DNA from: the human T2T-CHM13v2.0 reference genome, Homo sapiens
Reading direction: 5' to 3' (one strand)
Assembly: GCF_009914755.1 (NCBI RefSeq)
Contig: NC_060935.1
DNA: 64,000 bases
In this document: piece after piece, positions 1 through 13,478 of the stretch
Numbering within the stretch: position 1 is the first letter of the stretch
Layout: each line of letters opens with the position of its first letter
Made by a program: the position numbers and the translations under genes
The notes under the pieces: generated by a model
The model's input: the letters and a program-made list of their open reading frames with translations, nothing else
Databases searched by the model: none
What the model was told of the DNA's origin: nothing

Positions 1-14
1 AACTATTACTATTA

Positions 15-192
15 GCTCCTATTTCGTGAGCATCCCTGGTGTACCAGGCACTGTGCCATAGGATTTACAGACATTATGCCATTCAGTGCTTACCACATCC
101 AGACGAGGTATATAGTATCATCCCATTTCACACTGGTAGGGAGGAAAGCACAGTGAGTGGGATATAAAGCCAGGCCAGTGTGACTTCAAGCC
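15..192 (-). mobile_element. MIR SINE fragment
   Basis: Degenerate antisense MIR (gagcatcc..tgtaccaggcactgtg..atcatcccatttcac); approximate boundaries. Confidence 0.6.
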
Positions 193-203
193 ATTAAACT
201 AGA

Positions 204-343
204 GGCTGGGTGGGGTGGCTCTCACTTGTAATCTCAGCACTTTAGGAGGCACACGGGGGAGAATTGCTTGAAGCCAGAAGTCCAAGACAAGCCTGGGCAA
301 TGTAGTGAGACCTCAGTCTCTAATTTAAATAAATACATAAATA
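204..343 (+). mobile_element. Alu left monomer (FLAM-like)
   Basis: ggctgggtggggtggctctcacttgtaatctcagcacttt..agcctgggcaatgtagtgagacc then A-rich tail; no right arm. Confidence 0.85.
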
Positions 344-574
344 ACTGTACTGCCCACTAGGTCTGGGACTCGGGGCCCCTCATCTCTTCCTATGGAAGCA
401 TTTCTTCACCCAAGTTCTCTCATCAGCCCATGAGAGAGGGCGCTCGGGAGTGAGGAAAAGGAGACCAATGCAACCGATATCTAGGGCAAGAGCTGTTACT
501 CTGAAATGTTTTTAGTCAACCTGGATGCTCACATTGTCTACACCTGAACAAAGGAAAAGACGGTGGGAAGTCTG

Positions 575-760
575 GAGGTGGAAAGTAAGTGGGATTCAGA
601 GTCTAAAGTCCTGTATCCCTACCTATTAGCCATGTAACCTTGAGCAAGATAAGGAACATCTCCAGAACTCACTTTCCTCACCTGTAAAATGGGCTGACAC
701 CACAATTGCCTTCTCAGAGCTGCTCTGAGGATGAACTGAGATGCTGCCTGTGAAAGTGAG
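575..760 (+). mobile_element. MIR SINE
   Basis: Core tgtaaccttgagcaag..ctttcctcacctgtaaaatggg. Confidence 0.75.
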
Positions 761-1195
761 CTGCTCCACTATAAAGCGATATTCAGTTGTGAGGAATTGT
801 TATTTATTAAAGGGCACTTGCTTAGAAGACACACATTAAGTTGTGAGAGGACCTCAGTTTAATTCAACACACGAACATGAGGACTGAGCACCTGCTGTAG
901 TGAAGACATATATTCAGATTCAGAAAGGAGATCATGAAAAGGCATGCAATGGCTTATCGCATGCTATGGGACTCACAGGACCAGGTTCAGCGTGGAGGCA
1001 GTATTTCTTCCAGAGGCATCTGCACCAAACTTTCAAGAAGAGGATGGGCAGGATGTTGATGGGCAGCACGGTGCAGGAGAGTGTTCTGGGAAGAATACAG
1101 ATTGAGCAAAACAGAGGCAGAGAAACCAGGACTGGGCAGAGTTCCAGGTGGCTGGAGCGCAGCCACCTTATACTGGAGAGGCTGTGAAGCTAGTA

Positions 1196-1320
1196 CAATT
1201 GTTATCCCCATTTGACAGATGAAGAAACTGAGGTATGCAGCAGTTGCAGAAGTCACAAAGCAAGTAAGCAGTGTGGCAGTTGGCCAGGAATCTGGCTCCA
1301 GAGTCCACACTCTTGACTAC
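1196..1320 (-). mobile_element. MIR SINE
   Basis: Antisense core ttatccccatttgacagatgaagaaactgagg. Confidence 0.75.
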
Positions 1321-1883
1321 ATAGGGCCCAATCTCAGACCATGGCTACAGGAAGAAGATGAGAAAAGAGAGGCCTGCAGAGCTCTTGGCACTTTATGGGA
1401 TGAGAAGACGAAGAAGGAGAAGTTGGGGAGTTGGAGGAGTTTGGGAATTCAGGTGAGTGAGCCTATGGATAAGAACCAATAATCACAAGTCCGGCTAAAT
1501 GTTTCCAAGGCCCTTTCCTAGCCTTCATGTAAAAAGCTTCTCCCAGTACATGCTGGCAGCATCCCAGGCTTTGTGGGAGCAGCTTGGTCGGGGGTCAGGG
1601 GAACAAATACTATTATTACATTGATGGCATGGTGAGTGCCCCAGCCTCCCGGAGGTTCTCCTAGTTATTGGCCACTGCAGTTGGATCTAGATGATCCCTC
1701 ACTCTTGTCCCTTAAGACTGGAGCCTTCACAGAAATCCTGGTCTGTCTTTGCTGTGCAGCCTGTAATACGTGTCACCCTACAGCATCTCTGTGTGCCTTC
1801 CCGTAGAGTGAGGCAGATTCTTCCTCCCTAGAGCATGCAGCTCCCTGACCTCACTTACTTGGGCAAGGGAGTATGCAGACAGA

Positions 1884-2082
1884 GGGGCACAATGGAAGAA
1901 CTTAGGCTTTGGAGGCAGACCAATGTAGATTTTATTCATGGCTGTGCCACTCGCAAGTTGTGTGACTTATCACATGCTATGGGACTCACAGGACCAGGTT
2001 CAGGGTGGAGGAAGAGAAAACCCATCCATCTCTCTAGGCCTCAGCTGCCTAGTCTGTAGAGTGGGGGCTAATAATATCTACC
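1884..2082 (+). mobile_element. MIR SINE interrupted by a 46-bp templated insertion
   Basis: ggctttggaggcagac..gccactcgcaagttgtgtgactt [insert] ..ctctctaggcctcag..ctgtagagtggggctaataat. Confidence 0.7.
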
Positions 2083-2654
2083 ATGCAGAAAGGAGAAGTG
2101 CAAGAACCTAAACAAAGTTGATACAGGCTTATCCCAAAGGGTGCCCTGTACATGCTAGGCCTCTTTTCTAAGGCCTCTTCCCAGCCCAGCGTTTAGAGAA
2201 CCTGCTCAATGGCATTTACTGTTTGCACAGAGCACCAGCCCAGATAAAGACAGGTAGCCGCAGGCCTGGCCCCCAAAGGCACAGACAAATGGAGAGGCCC
2301 CCTGGCCACCTCAGAAGACCATAGCTCCCACTCCAGCTCCCAGAGAAACCCTTTGATGTGGATGCAACCCTGGCCTGCAGCCTCATTGCTTATAAAGAAT
2401 GTGCTGAAAAATTTATGGAGGAGATCCGTGTGGGACATAGCAAGAGGAAGGCAAACAGGAGAGCAAGAAGTGCATGTGCCTGGGGACGGAGCATCTGAGA
2501 GAAGAAGTGATTACAGACCTGTCCATGTTAACGAAGATGTGAGCAGGGCTCCATGCACGTTGGCTGGCCAGCCTCTTGAGACACCCAAGACAGGGAGGAA
2601 GCAAACTGGTGGCAGACACCTGCCGTGAGCAAGGCCCACTCCTGCATTGGCACA

Positions 2655-2737
2655 TTTGACCCTCATAGCAATTCTATGTTGGCAGATGAGGAAACTGAGG
2701 CCAGAGAGGTTAAATAACTTGCCTGGTGTCATACAGT
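2655..2737 (-). mobile_element. MIR SINE
   Basis: cagatgaggaaactgaggccagagaggttaaataacttgcc. Confidence 0.8.
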
Positions 2738-3529
2738 ATCACAGACTTCAAAAAAGGTAGTGCTTGAGTTGGGCCTTGAGAGATGGGTAGGGTTTCTACA
2801 GACAGGAAGCTGGCCTGGAAGGATCCCCAGCCTCTGGGCAGGGCCACAGCATGGGCAGAGAGCATAGGATGAGTGAAGACCAGGAGGATGAAGATGAGCC
2901 AGGTGTCACTGAGGATGGGCCTGGCCAGGAGCTTGTGTCTAGGTAGAGAGCTTACCAGTGTTAGGCATGCTTGGAGTCTAACGAACTTGGGTAACTCACA
3001 CAGATAATAAATGTAAGGGAGAGAAGTCAACATCTACCTCCTGACCTTTTTACTAAACCAAGATGCGAGCCCTACACCACTTGAAGAAACAAAAGATTAT
3101 TGGATGAAAAAGGCAAAAAAGAACTAGGAATGCAAAGCTCAGAGAAGAGACTGGGGCACGAGACAGTAAGTGTTGTTACAAAGCCTGATGACCAAATGTT
3201 CTCTTCCATCCTCCCCAGAGGACAGGAAGGGGGAGATGGTTGACATTTTCCAGACCTCGCCCTCCCCTCATGACCACTGCATCAAGTATAAGTCCTTAGC
3301 CCCAGATTCAGTCTCCACGCCCACCCGGCTTCACCCTCTCTCCACAGCCCAGTCTCCCAATGTTGCCCACAGTGCCCTTGCTTCAAACAGGGCTCCCACT
3401 GCCTCACACAGCTCCAAGCCCTTCCTCCAGCCACTCTCCTTTGCTGGCTAGCCCCACCTCCTTCTTCTTCACTTACAAAACGCAAGGAATCCCAACTACA
3501 TCATGGATTGTTTCAGGATTCAATGAGAT

Positions 3530-3765
3530 GACTCATTCTCACAGTCCAAAAATATTTCTTGAGCATATTGAGCACCTGCTTCGTGCCAGGCACTGGACTT
3601 GACACCAGAGGAGATCAACACTGAGCCTTCACCCTCAGGAAGCTCACAGACTGATCAGAAAGGCAGAAAAGGCCTTGGTCTACTTGAAACATGGGGGGAT
3701 CAGGGGAGGCTTCCTGGAGAAAGTGACAGCAAGGCTGAAACTTGAAGGATAAGCAGAACTTTTAA
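3530..3765 (-). mobile_element. L2 LINE 3' fragment (resumes near 4755-4830)
   Basis: ttgagcacctgcttcgtgccaggcact..ccctcaggaagctcacag..gaggcttcctggagaaagtgac. Confidence 0.7.
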
Positions 3766-3777
3766 AAAGGCAACAAT

Positions 3778-4052
3778 GGCTGGACACAATGGCTCCTGCC
3801 CGTAATCCTAATGTTCTGGGAGGCCTAGACAAGAGCATCACTTGAGGCCAGGAGTTCAAATCCATGCTGGGCAACATGGGCAGACCCTGTCTCTACAAAA
3901 AAATTTAAAAATTAGCCAGGTGTGGTGGTGTGCACCTGTAATCCCAGCTACTCGAGAGGCTGAGGAAGGAGGATCGCTTGAGGACAGGATATGATCTGTG
4001 ATTGCCCCACTGCACTCCAACCTGGGCAACACAGCAAAACCTCGACCAAAAA
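3778..4052 (+). mobile_element. AluJ
   Basis: Dimeric Alu with AluJ-type ggaggatcgcttgag and high divergence. Confidence 0.9.
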
Positions 4053-4132
4053 GGAAGGAAGGAACGAAGGAAGGAAGGAAGGAAGGAAGGAAGGAAGGAA
4101 GGAAGGAAGGAGAGAAAGAGAGAGAGGGAGAG

Positions 4133-4183
<51 letters not shown>

Positions 4184-4225
4184 GAGAAAGAGAGAGAGGG
4201 AGGAGGGAGGAAGGAAGGAAGGAAA

Positions 4226-4289
<64 letters not shown>

Positions 4290-4528
4290 GAGGGAGGAAG
4301 GAAGGAAGGAAGGAGAGAAAGAGAGAGAGGGAGAGAGAAAGAAAGAAAGAGAGAGAGAAAGAGAGAGAGGAAGGAAGGAAGGAAGGAAGGAAGGAAAGAA
4401 GAAAGAAAGAAAAGGAAAGAAAAGAAAGAAAGAAAGGAAGGAAGGAAGGAAGGAAGGAAGGAGGGAGGGAGGGAGGGAGGAAGGAAGGAGAGAAAGAGAG
4501 GAAGGAAGGAAGGCAGGAAGAAAGAAAG

Positions 4529-4579
<51 letters not shown>

Positions 4580-4750
4580 AAAGGGAGGGAGGGAGGGAGG
4601 GAGGAAGGAAGGAAGGAGAGAAAGAGAGAGAAAGAGAGGAAGGAAGGAAGGACGGAGGGAAGGAAGGAAGGAAGGAAGGGAGGGAGGGAGGGAGGGAGGG
4701 AGGGAGGGAGGGAGGGAGGGAGAGAGGGAGGGAGGGAGGGAGGCAGGCAG
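4048..4750 (+). repeat. ~700-bp polypurine compound microsatellite (GGAA)n/(GAAA)n/(GA)n/(GGGA)n grown from the Alu tail
   Basis: Direct reading; only a handful of C residues and no T in the tract. Confidence 0.98.
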
Positions 4751-4940
4751 GCAGTCAAGAATGTTCAAGGCACAAGGAGCAGCATTTGCCAAGGCTGGAG
4801 GGGAATAAAGGGCATCACATTTGGAGAAACCGCCTGTAGATCAGTACCGATGGAGGATAGCATCACTGTGCGTGGGGGGAACTAAGCAGTCAGATATGAG
4901 GCCAAGTGTGTGCAGGAGCCACATTCCAAAGGCCTTAAGG

Positions 4941-5612
<672 letters not shown>

Positions 5613-5739
5613 CTTTAAAGACTTGCTAAGGAGTGTGTCCTTGATCCTGAACTCCTAAAAACACTTACCTTGGCCCCAGTGCTCCCCATCTACAGCCTTC
5701 CCACTAGACCACTCCTTTCCAGCTCTAGTGGCCCCAAAG

Positions 5740-6112
5740 CCATTCCCAGAACCCACCAAGCACGCAGCTGCTTCAGGACCTTTGCACATGCTGATCCCTC
5801 TGCTTTGATTACTGTTTCCAGAAATATATATGTGGATCCCTCCCTCCCTTCTTTTAGGACCAGGCTCAGATGTCAGCTAATCACAGAAGTCTTCCCTGAT
5901 CACACTATGAAAATAGCATCACCCACGCTCCCCCAGGACCCATACCCTTGCCCCCGCTTTACTTTTCTGTATCACACTTAGATTTTCTGACATTTTATGA
6001 TTATGTTTATTGTCTTTTTCACTCCGCTAGAATGGAAGCTTCATAATAGCACAGACTTGGTCTATTTTGTTCACTGCTATCTCCCTAGCACCTGGAGCAT
6101 TGCCCAGCACAC
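5740..6112 (+). mobile_element. L2 LINE 3' end
   Basis: cttcaggacctttgcacatgctg..ctagaatggaagcttcat..tttgttcactgctatctccctagcacctgg. Confidence 0.85.
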
Positions 6113-6415
6113 AATTCACATGGGAAAGCTATTCCTCTCCACCCCCTTCTACTTTCTCAATCCTTCAAGACCCAGACAAGGCCCACCAGCTCCATGCAGC
6201 CATCATCCTCGCTCCAGCCTTCCCTGAGCATCTGCGTTCAGAGAGACAAGGCTACTGAGGATGGAAACCATTCCTTGCATTTCTGCGGCTTCTCACTGGG
6301 CCTGGGTGTAGAGCAGGCATTCGCTAGATAAAGAGGCCAAAAACTTACATAGCAGCAGGCCCAGGAGGCCATGTGGGTGAATAAAGCAGGCTGGATGAGG
6401 CTATAGACATCTATC

Positions 6416-6872
6416 TGTAGTGAGCTGAAAGGTGGCCCCCAGAAAGATATGGCCATGCCGTAATCCCCAGAACCGTGAATGTGACCTTATTTGGGAAAAG
6501 CATCTTTGCAAAGGTAATAACGTGAAGGATCCCAAAATGAGGAGTCATCCTGGATTATCAGTGTGGGCCCTAAATGCCAGCACAGTGTCCTTCTAAGACA
6601 GGCAGAGGGAGAAGACATGGACACACAGAGGAAAAGTCCACGTGAAGACAGAGGCAGATACTGGAGCGACATGGCCACCAGCCTGAAAATGCTGGGAGCC
6701 ACCAAAAGCTGGAAGAGGCAAGGAATAAATTCTCCATCCATCCTCCAAAAGGAGGACAGCCCTGGCAAATTGTGGACCTTTGGCTTCCAGAACTGTGAGG
6801 GAATCAATTTCTGCTGCCTTAAGCCACCCAATTCCTGGCACTTTGTTACCACAGCCACACAAAAGCAATGCA
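6416..6872 (+). mobile_element. MaLR solo LTR (MLT1B/C-like)
   Basis: TG..CA termini, gaatgtgaccttatttgg and ttccagaactgtgag motifs, perfect 5-bp TSD CTATC (6411-6415, 6873-6877). Confidence 0.9.
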
Positions 6873-8199
6873 CTATCTATAGGTTTTCTGTGGGGAAACA
6901 CAGGCCTAACACAAGACTTTTTTTCCTTCAAAGGAAACTGGAGATTCAAACTTTTATGTGAAATCTCCTGATTTCTAAATGTGGCAGTCTGGGTTTTCGA
7001 TTGCAAGCACAGAAGCCAACTCTGGTTGGTAGTAAATACTTTATTAGAGGGACAATGGTGAGCTCACAGAATTGAAGAGAACGCTGAAGAAAAGAACTTG
7101 GAAAACAGGCAGGATCCAAGGGAGACACAGCCTGCCATTTCCAAACCTCAGGGACATCTGCTTAGGACACTGACACCACTGGCCACTTACAACCACATCA
7201 CTGGCTACCACTGGACACCAACAGCGAGGTCACATGGGAAATATGTGACCAAGTGGGCTTCAAGCTCAGGCAGTCAGGATCAGGATAAACGTGTCTAGGG
7301 ATGCTCTGTAATAAGGCAAATGTTTGGTGCTGGGCATTTCAAATGAGTACAGAGGCTTTCCAGTTTGTTTTCTGGGGCCCACAGCAAGAAATGCATTTTA
7401 GATCACAGACTAGCACGTAAATACACCACATGCAAAAATGGAATAACACCTACCTTACCATGTGCAACCCATACTGACCGTTTTCTCTTCTTTTATTTCT
7501 TCTCTTTTCTATTCTATTCTATTCCATTCCATCCCATCTTATCCTATCCTACTTATCCTATTCCATTTTTGTTCTCAAAGTGGAGCTTATTTATGAAAGT
7601 AAGAGCAAATAATCCCCCATATATTGAAAGACTCAGAAAATATACTGAAGAATGAGCTTAGAGACAGATTTCTCCCAAAAGCAAAACTTAAGCATAGGCA
7701 ACTTGGGTTCCCCTTCTAGACTGATTTTTAAGAACCACCCAGGGGTTATAAACCACAGTTTTAAAAATGCGACACTCAGCCAACTGATTCTATTTAAAAC
7801 AAGAGTCAACAAGCAAAAAATAAAGAGAGTTAGCCAACAGTATTTGGGACAAACAAAAAATGTCTTCAAGCTGGACACAGTCTGTGGATTGCCAGTTTAT
7901 GGCCTCTTCATTAAAATCTTGAAATATTGATTGATTAATTGAGTCAACTGTAGTAAGGGACAATGTGAGAAGAGGCTCTCTGGCTTAGATTTTTGATGAC
8001 AGCATTAATTCTAAGCAGCTAGTTCAGGGCCTGGCACACATTAGGTGCTCAATAAACACTGAAGTGCAACTGAAGACACATGGTTTTCTTCAGTTCCTTG
8101 TACTGTTGCAGGCCCCACTGAAGATCAGGTGCAGCTGCTGATAGCAAGGGATGTGGATCCACAGGTGGCCAGAGGCCCTGCAGCACCTCTGCGCCATCC

Positions 8200-8900
8200 C
8201 AGCCGGCCTCTCTCTCCCCGGCCCCATTTATCAGCATCTTCATAAACACCCAGCCAGGGAAGGCTTTGTTTTCACATCAACCAGCGTGGCCCTCTCCACC
8301 CCCTCTCCTTCTCTCATCTCTCATTTGGCAGTGACGTTTGTTAAACTGCAAAAACACACAAAATAAGGCTCTATGGTTATAAGGTGGAGGAGAGGAAGAG
8401 ATGAAAAAGGGGGAGAGGAAAGAAGTGCTTTTCCAACTTTGCCTCTAATGTCTTCATTAATTGAACTCATCAGCTAAAATCATTTGTGAAAATAAAAAAA
8501 GAGAGAGAGAGAGAAAGGAACTGATCATATGCAGGAGAAATAACTCAGATGTGAAAATCCTTCAGAGTAGGAGATTGCACTATTTATTCACCCAAGTGTC
8601 CTGCTGTGTCTCTGAAATGCAGTGATTTAATGAGGTGCTGCAAAGGTATTTGTTATTAAGAAATTCTGTCTCTGCTTATTCTCCTCTGTGTGATTAGGAC
8701 GGAGCCCGGCGGAAGCTCCTAACCAGCGCGCTATTAAAGATTTAGGAGGCTGCTGTTCTCCCCATTGCTCCCCTCTTACCAGCGCCTTTTGAAATGGTTC
8801 CAAAATTAAATATTGTACAAGCCGATCAGCCTTGTTTAACGCAGATGCTGAGTGAGATTTAAAAAGAAATTAGAAAAGCATTTGTGTTAACAGATGTTCT
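8200..8900. promoter_or_regulatory. Candidate conserved non-coding element/enhancer
   Basis: ~700 bp repeat-free; TAAT/ATTA, TGATTTAAT, forkhead-like (ATAAACA, TGTTTAAC) motifs and local CpGs; conservation not verifiable. Confidence 0.4.
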
Positions 8901-10563
8901 TCCTTTTCTCTCTTGGAGCTGAGATGATTGGGTCTGGGTCCCTCCCGAGCCACACAAGAGCCAAGAGGGATAAGCCCCAAGTTGGTACTGAGAGGGGGCC
9001 TTGCAGGCCAGGAGAGCCTGGAAGGGACACCTGGGTTCTTGGTCTCTCTGTTAGTAAGGACTGGGGGACCCTGCAGGAAGGAGCAAACCAAGCTGCCAGC
9101 CTGGCAGGCTTTTCCCCAAAGCTCCCGGATTTTGCTGGAGCCTCTCCCAAGGCAAAGGCTTCGGCAGGTGTTCACTGGAAATCTACAGCCATGCAAACAC
9201 CATTACCCAGAGCTTCGGGGAAATCAGCAAAGGAGCAGAAGTCTCTGTCTCCAAACTGATTCAGCTATTGACCCTAATGATTGACAAAGTCCTCCTGAGA
9301 CTTCTAATCTAGTCCCTTCATCCAGACAAGACCAGCTCTGATCCAGCCCTCCAATAAGTTAGACACCCCCACTTCCTTACAGTTGTACTATTTCCTTTTT
9401 TTTACCTCTAGTTCTGACATCCATCTGGGCTATCTCTTGGTAAGTTCTAATGTCTGAAATCTCTCATACATAGACATTTTGTTCTGTCCTTGGTTAGAAC
9501 AAATGGGGCCTTGTATGAAGAAAACCATCCATGTGTCCAGCACGTCAAAGCTTCTCCAAGCACCTTCCACCTGTTCTGTGGATTAATCTCCATAACTCCC
9601 TATAGGACTGAGGCTCAGTGGTGGGAGTACTAGTAAGGGGCAGGGCTGGAATTAGAACCAGGGCCTGGAAACTCAGGTAACTGTCCCATCCGATAAGGTT
9701 CAGTTGTTAAGAAACAGATTGGGATGCTCACTGCAGATTTAGTTTTGCTTATTTTCACTGGGAAGACACAAGGCACAGAAAGAGATGATTTGCTCACGAT
9801 CCCACAGAGTGCCAGGGGCAGAATCAGGCAAGAATCTGCCTCCCAAAGGTCCAGTTGAATGTTTCTCCCATCAGTCACCCCATCGCACTATCTACAAACA
9901 TCTATCAAGTACCTGCCTCTTTCTGGGCTCTGTGTGAGGCACTGAGAATACAGGGGGAGACAGACTGGACCCTCAAGGAGGTCCCTACTCTCAGAGGAAA
10001 CAGGCCCTGAAGATACAATCGCAGATTACTAAATGCTGATAAAAGGATTTTTAAGTAGAGGTATGGAGGTTCATGGGAGTGTATAAGAAGAAAAATGTAA
10101 CACGTCTGGACTCCACTGACTCCAAGGTAAAGCAACTGAAGGAGCAATGCCTTTACCACAGCAAAAAACCAACTGCAGATCAGCGCCATGCCTGCTGCCG
10201 GCTGTCCCTTTACCATGGGGCATCTCAGCCATATTCAGCTAGCTCCTAGTGGGTGACCATCCTCACTCCTCCCACCAGCCCTTGCTCCCTTAGCTGTTGA
10301 GCACTGCCTTTCTTGTCCCCTCTCCACTCTCAAACATGCATGGAAGAGGAACAAGCTTCCCCCACCGTCACCACCACAACTAGCCATTTCTTCTCTGAAG
10401 AACCAGCTCCGTATGCCTGCCCCAAAAGCAAGAAGAATGTTAAGCAGAAACAAGAATCAGGCAACCTTTGAATTCACATTCTTGGGAACAGCCAGACCTC
10501 CCCTGCACACAAATGAAGAGAGGCACCAACAGTCACCCAAGCCTTTTTATCATTGTTCATCAC

Positions 10564-10920
10564 TATATTAGTCTGTTCTCACACTGCTAATAAAGACATA
10601 ACTGAGACTGGGTAATTTATAAAGGAAAGAAGTTTAATTGACTCACAGTTCCACATGGCTGGAGAAGCCTCAGGAAACTTACAATCATGGCAGAAGGCAC
10701 CTCTTCACAGGGCGGTTGGGAGAGAAAGCGTGCCCAGCCAAGGGGGAAGCCCTTTATAAAACCATCAGATCTCATGAGAACTCACTGTCAAGAGAACAGG
10801 ATGGTGGAAACTACCCCCATGATTCACTTATCTCCACCTAGTCCCTCCCATGACACATGGGGATTACAGGAACTACAATTCAAGATGAGATTTTGGTGGG
10901 GACACAGTCAAGCCACATCA
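10564..10920 (-). mobile_element. THE1 solo LTR (MaLR)
   Basis: tatattagtctgttctcacactgctaataaagacat..ggggacacagtcaagccacatca. Confidence 0.92.
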
Positions 10921-11244
10921 GTCATGCAAAGGCTTCAGCATAGACTGAGCAACAGGCAGAGAGAGGCTACATACTGAGGTGAAGGTGGCTCTGGATGGGA
11001 CTGGGAAGGACAAAAGTCTGAATGATGGTGCTGCTTTAACAAGCTGCCGGGCCTGGACAATGCTTCCCTCTTCCATGGTTCTTGTCTGCTCATGTGCATA
11101 GTGGAGAGTTAGTTTGGTGCCACCTGGGATCTGAAGACTCAGTTCTCCCTCCTGGCCTCCTGCCCTTAAAGCTGCTACTGTGGAGTTCAGCTGATAATCC
11201 CCACATCCTCCTCTTGTCATCTATGTCAGGGCTCAGTCACCTCT

Positions 11245-11375
11245 TCTTAGCTCTAAAATGCCCCAGTGGGCATCAGAATCACCTAGGGGGCTGTAAATAA
11301 AGACAGACACCTGAGTGCCCACCCATCGAGACTCTGGTTCAGCTGATCTGGGTGAGGACTCTGGCACCAGCTTTG
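11245..11375. mobile_element. MER5A-like hAT DNA transposon fragment
   Basis: gcatcagaatcacctaggggg..cccacccatcgagactctggttcagctgatctggg. Confidence 0.65.
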
Positions 11376-12346
11376 TTTATTTCAGCCACTTTAATGGCCA
11401 AACAGCACCAAGAACACTGCCCAAGTTAGCAGGACTAGAGCTCCTCCCTGGAGACAGAAGAGGCCCTGGTAGGCTTTCCCTCTTTGGGTCCTACTATTGA
11501 GCCCTCCCAAATTCCATAATAGCACCAAGGGCAGGGGGATATTAAGTAGTATTGTGATTCTCAGGCCTCAATTCATGCTTTCTTCTAATCTAGATTACCT
11601 CTTCCCACAATATCTCTCTTCCGCAAAGACCTCCTCCATGAGGTCTTCCTCAATCCCCCCATCCTGCCAAATCAGCCTTTCCACCGCAGTCATCAAGTAT
11701 ATGTCTATGTAGCCCTTAGTGCTTTCTGTCTTGCCCTATAGTTAGCTGTTAATGCATCTGCATTCCTCTTTAGACTGTAAATTCTTTAAGAGGGGAGTTG
11801 TGTCTTATTCATCTTTTTCTCCTCCTTACACCAAAGTCTTGCATAGTCCTTTAAACATAATAGGGGTTCAGATCTTTCGTTGGGGAAACAATAGTGGCAC
11901 ACATGAAACAGGTAGAGAACCATACACAAATCTATTTTGGAGAAAGCAAAATAGCCTTAGGTATAGGCAAAACAGCCCTAGCCTAGGAATCAGAAAGGGG
12001 GGATCCTGATCCCAGCTCCGTAGATTTTGGGAAACCTGCAACATCGCTGGGCCTCAATTTCTGTATCTATAGAAGCAGGTGGTTGGACTCACTGTCTCTA
12101 GGCTGCTTCCCCAGCTTCCACATTCTGTTTCTCTCATTCCAAGCCCCTAATTGCCTCTAGGCATTCAGAGAAGCAGCCCTGGCTCCACCTTACTTGAAGA
12201 ATCAGCACATGAACAAAATCAGGGCTTGCTGCTTTTTCATTCTGGGACATGACTGGAAAAGTGGAGTGGAGGTTTCCCTTCCCTTCTAAAAATATGTGCG
12301 CATACACTGGCACACTCACATGCATCACGACTTCCTTTGTCTATCA

Positions 12347-12680
<334 letters not shown>

Positions 12681-12964
12681 ATCCAGGAAGTCATTAAAGC
12701 TATACCAATGATGTCTTTGAAGTGGACCAAAATCCAAAAAAATTATACTAGGTGGAATTCTATTAAAAAGTCTCATGATGCCCACTCTTACAGAACTAAA
12801 GTGTCCCGCCTTTATCTAGAGGGGAAAAACAAAAAAACACAGAAACTTATTTTTCTGGTAGTAAAGACCTGCTGGTTTAAGCTTTCCTCTCAGCTGAGGA
12901 TTCCTAGAGCTGCAGACCAGGAGGTATGGTGTTGGCAATCAGTTTAGAGACTAATGAGCTATGG

Positions 12965-13478
12965 TAAAGGCTGCTAGTTGTTCCCCAGTAGCTTCTGTCT
13001 CCTGCTTTCTTAATAATAGAACAAAATCCTGACTTTTAACCAGGCACCTAGCTAAAAGACGACATTTTCCAGCCTCCTATTTAACTAGCGTGATCATAGA
13101 CTAAATTCTGTCTAGTGAGATGGAAGTGTTGCATGAAACCTCCAGAAAGTTTCCTTAAGGAAAAGGCCTCCTCCTTCTAGTCGTTGGATGTAATGGTTGG
13201 GGCTCCAGGAGCCACCTTGGACCATAAGAGAACTTGGGAAAGAAGTTACACATGGCAAAGTGACATGATAGAAAGAGTCTTGGTCCTTAACACTGCAGAG
13301 CTGCCATTCCTTCTTCTGATTTACTTTACATCAGAGTGGTCTTCTATATTGCTTCTGATTTATTTTACATCTGAGTTGTTTGTTTCTGATTTATTTTTCA
13401 TCAGACAGTAGTCTTTGTTAAGTCACTGTTTTTTTGGGTGTCTGTTACTCATAGCTAAACCTAGTCCTAATTGATACT
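12965..13478 (+). mobile_element. Old MaLR LTR (MLT1J-like)
   Basis: catttttccagcctcc..gactaaattctgtctagtgagat..gctccaggagccaccttggacca..ttgttaagtcactg..cctaattgatac. Confidence 0.7.

Noticed and set aside
3856-4885. Five ORFs of 268-300 aa on both strands
   Set aside because: Artefacts of the stop-free polypurine microsatellite plus Alu; low-complexity translation
11519-11539. REST/NRSE-like motif atagcaccaagggcagggg
   Set aside because: Several mismatches at key positions of TTCAGCACCACGGACAG
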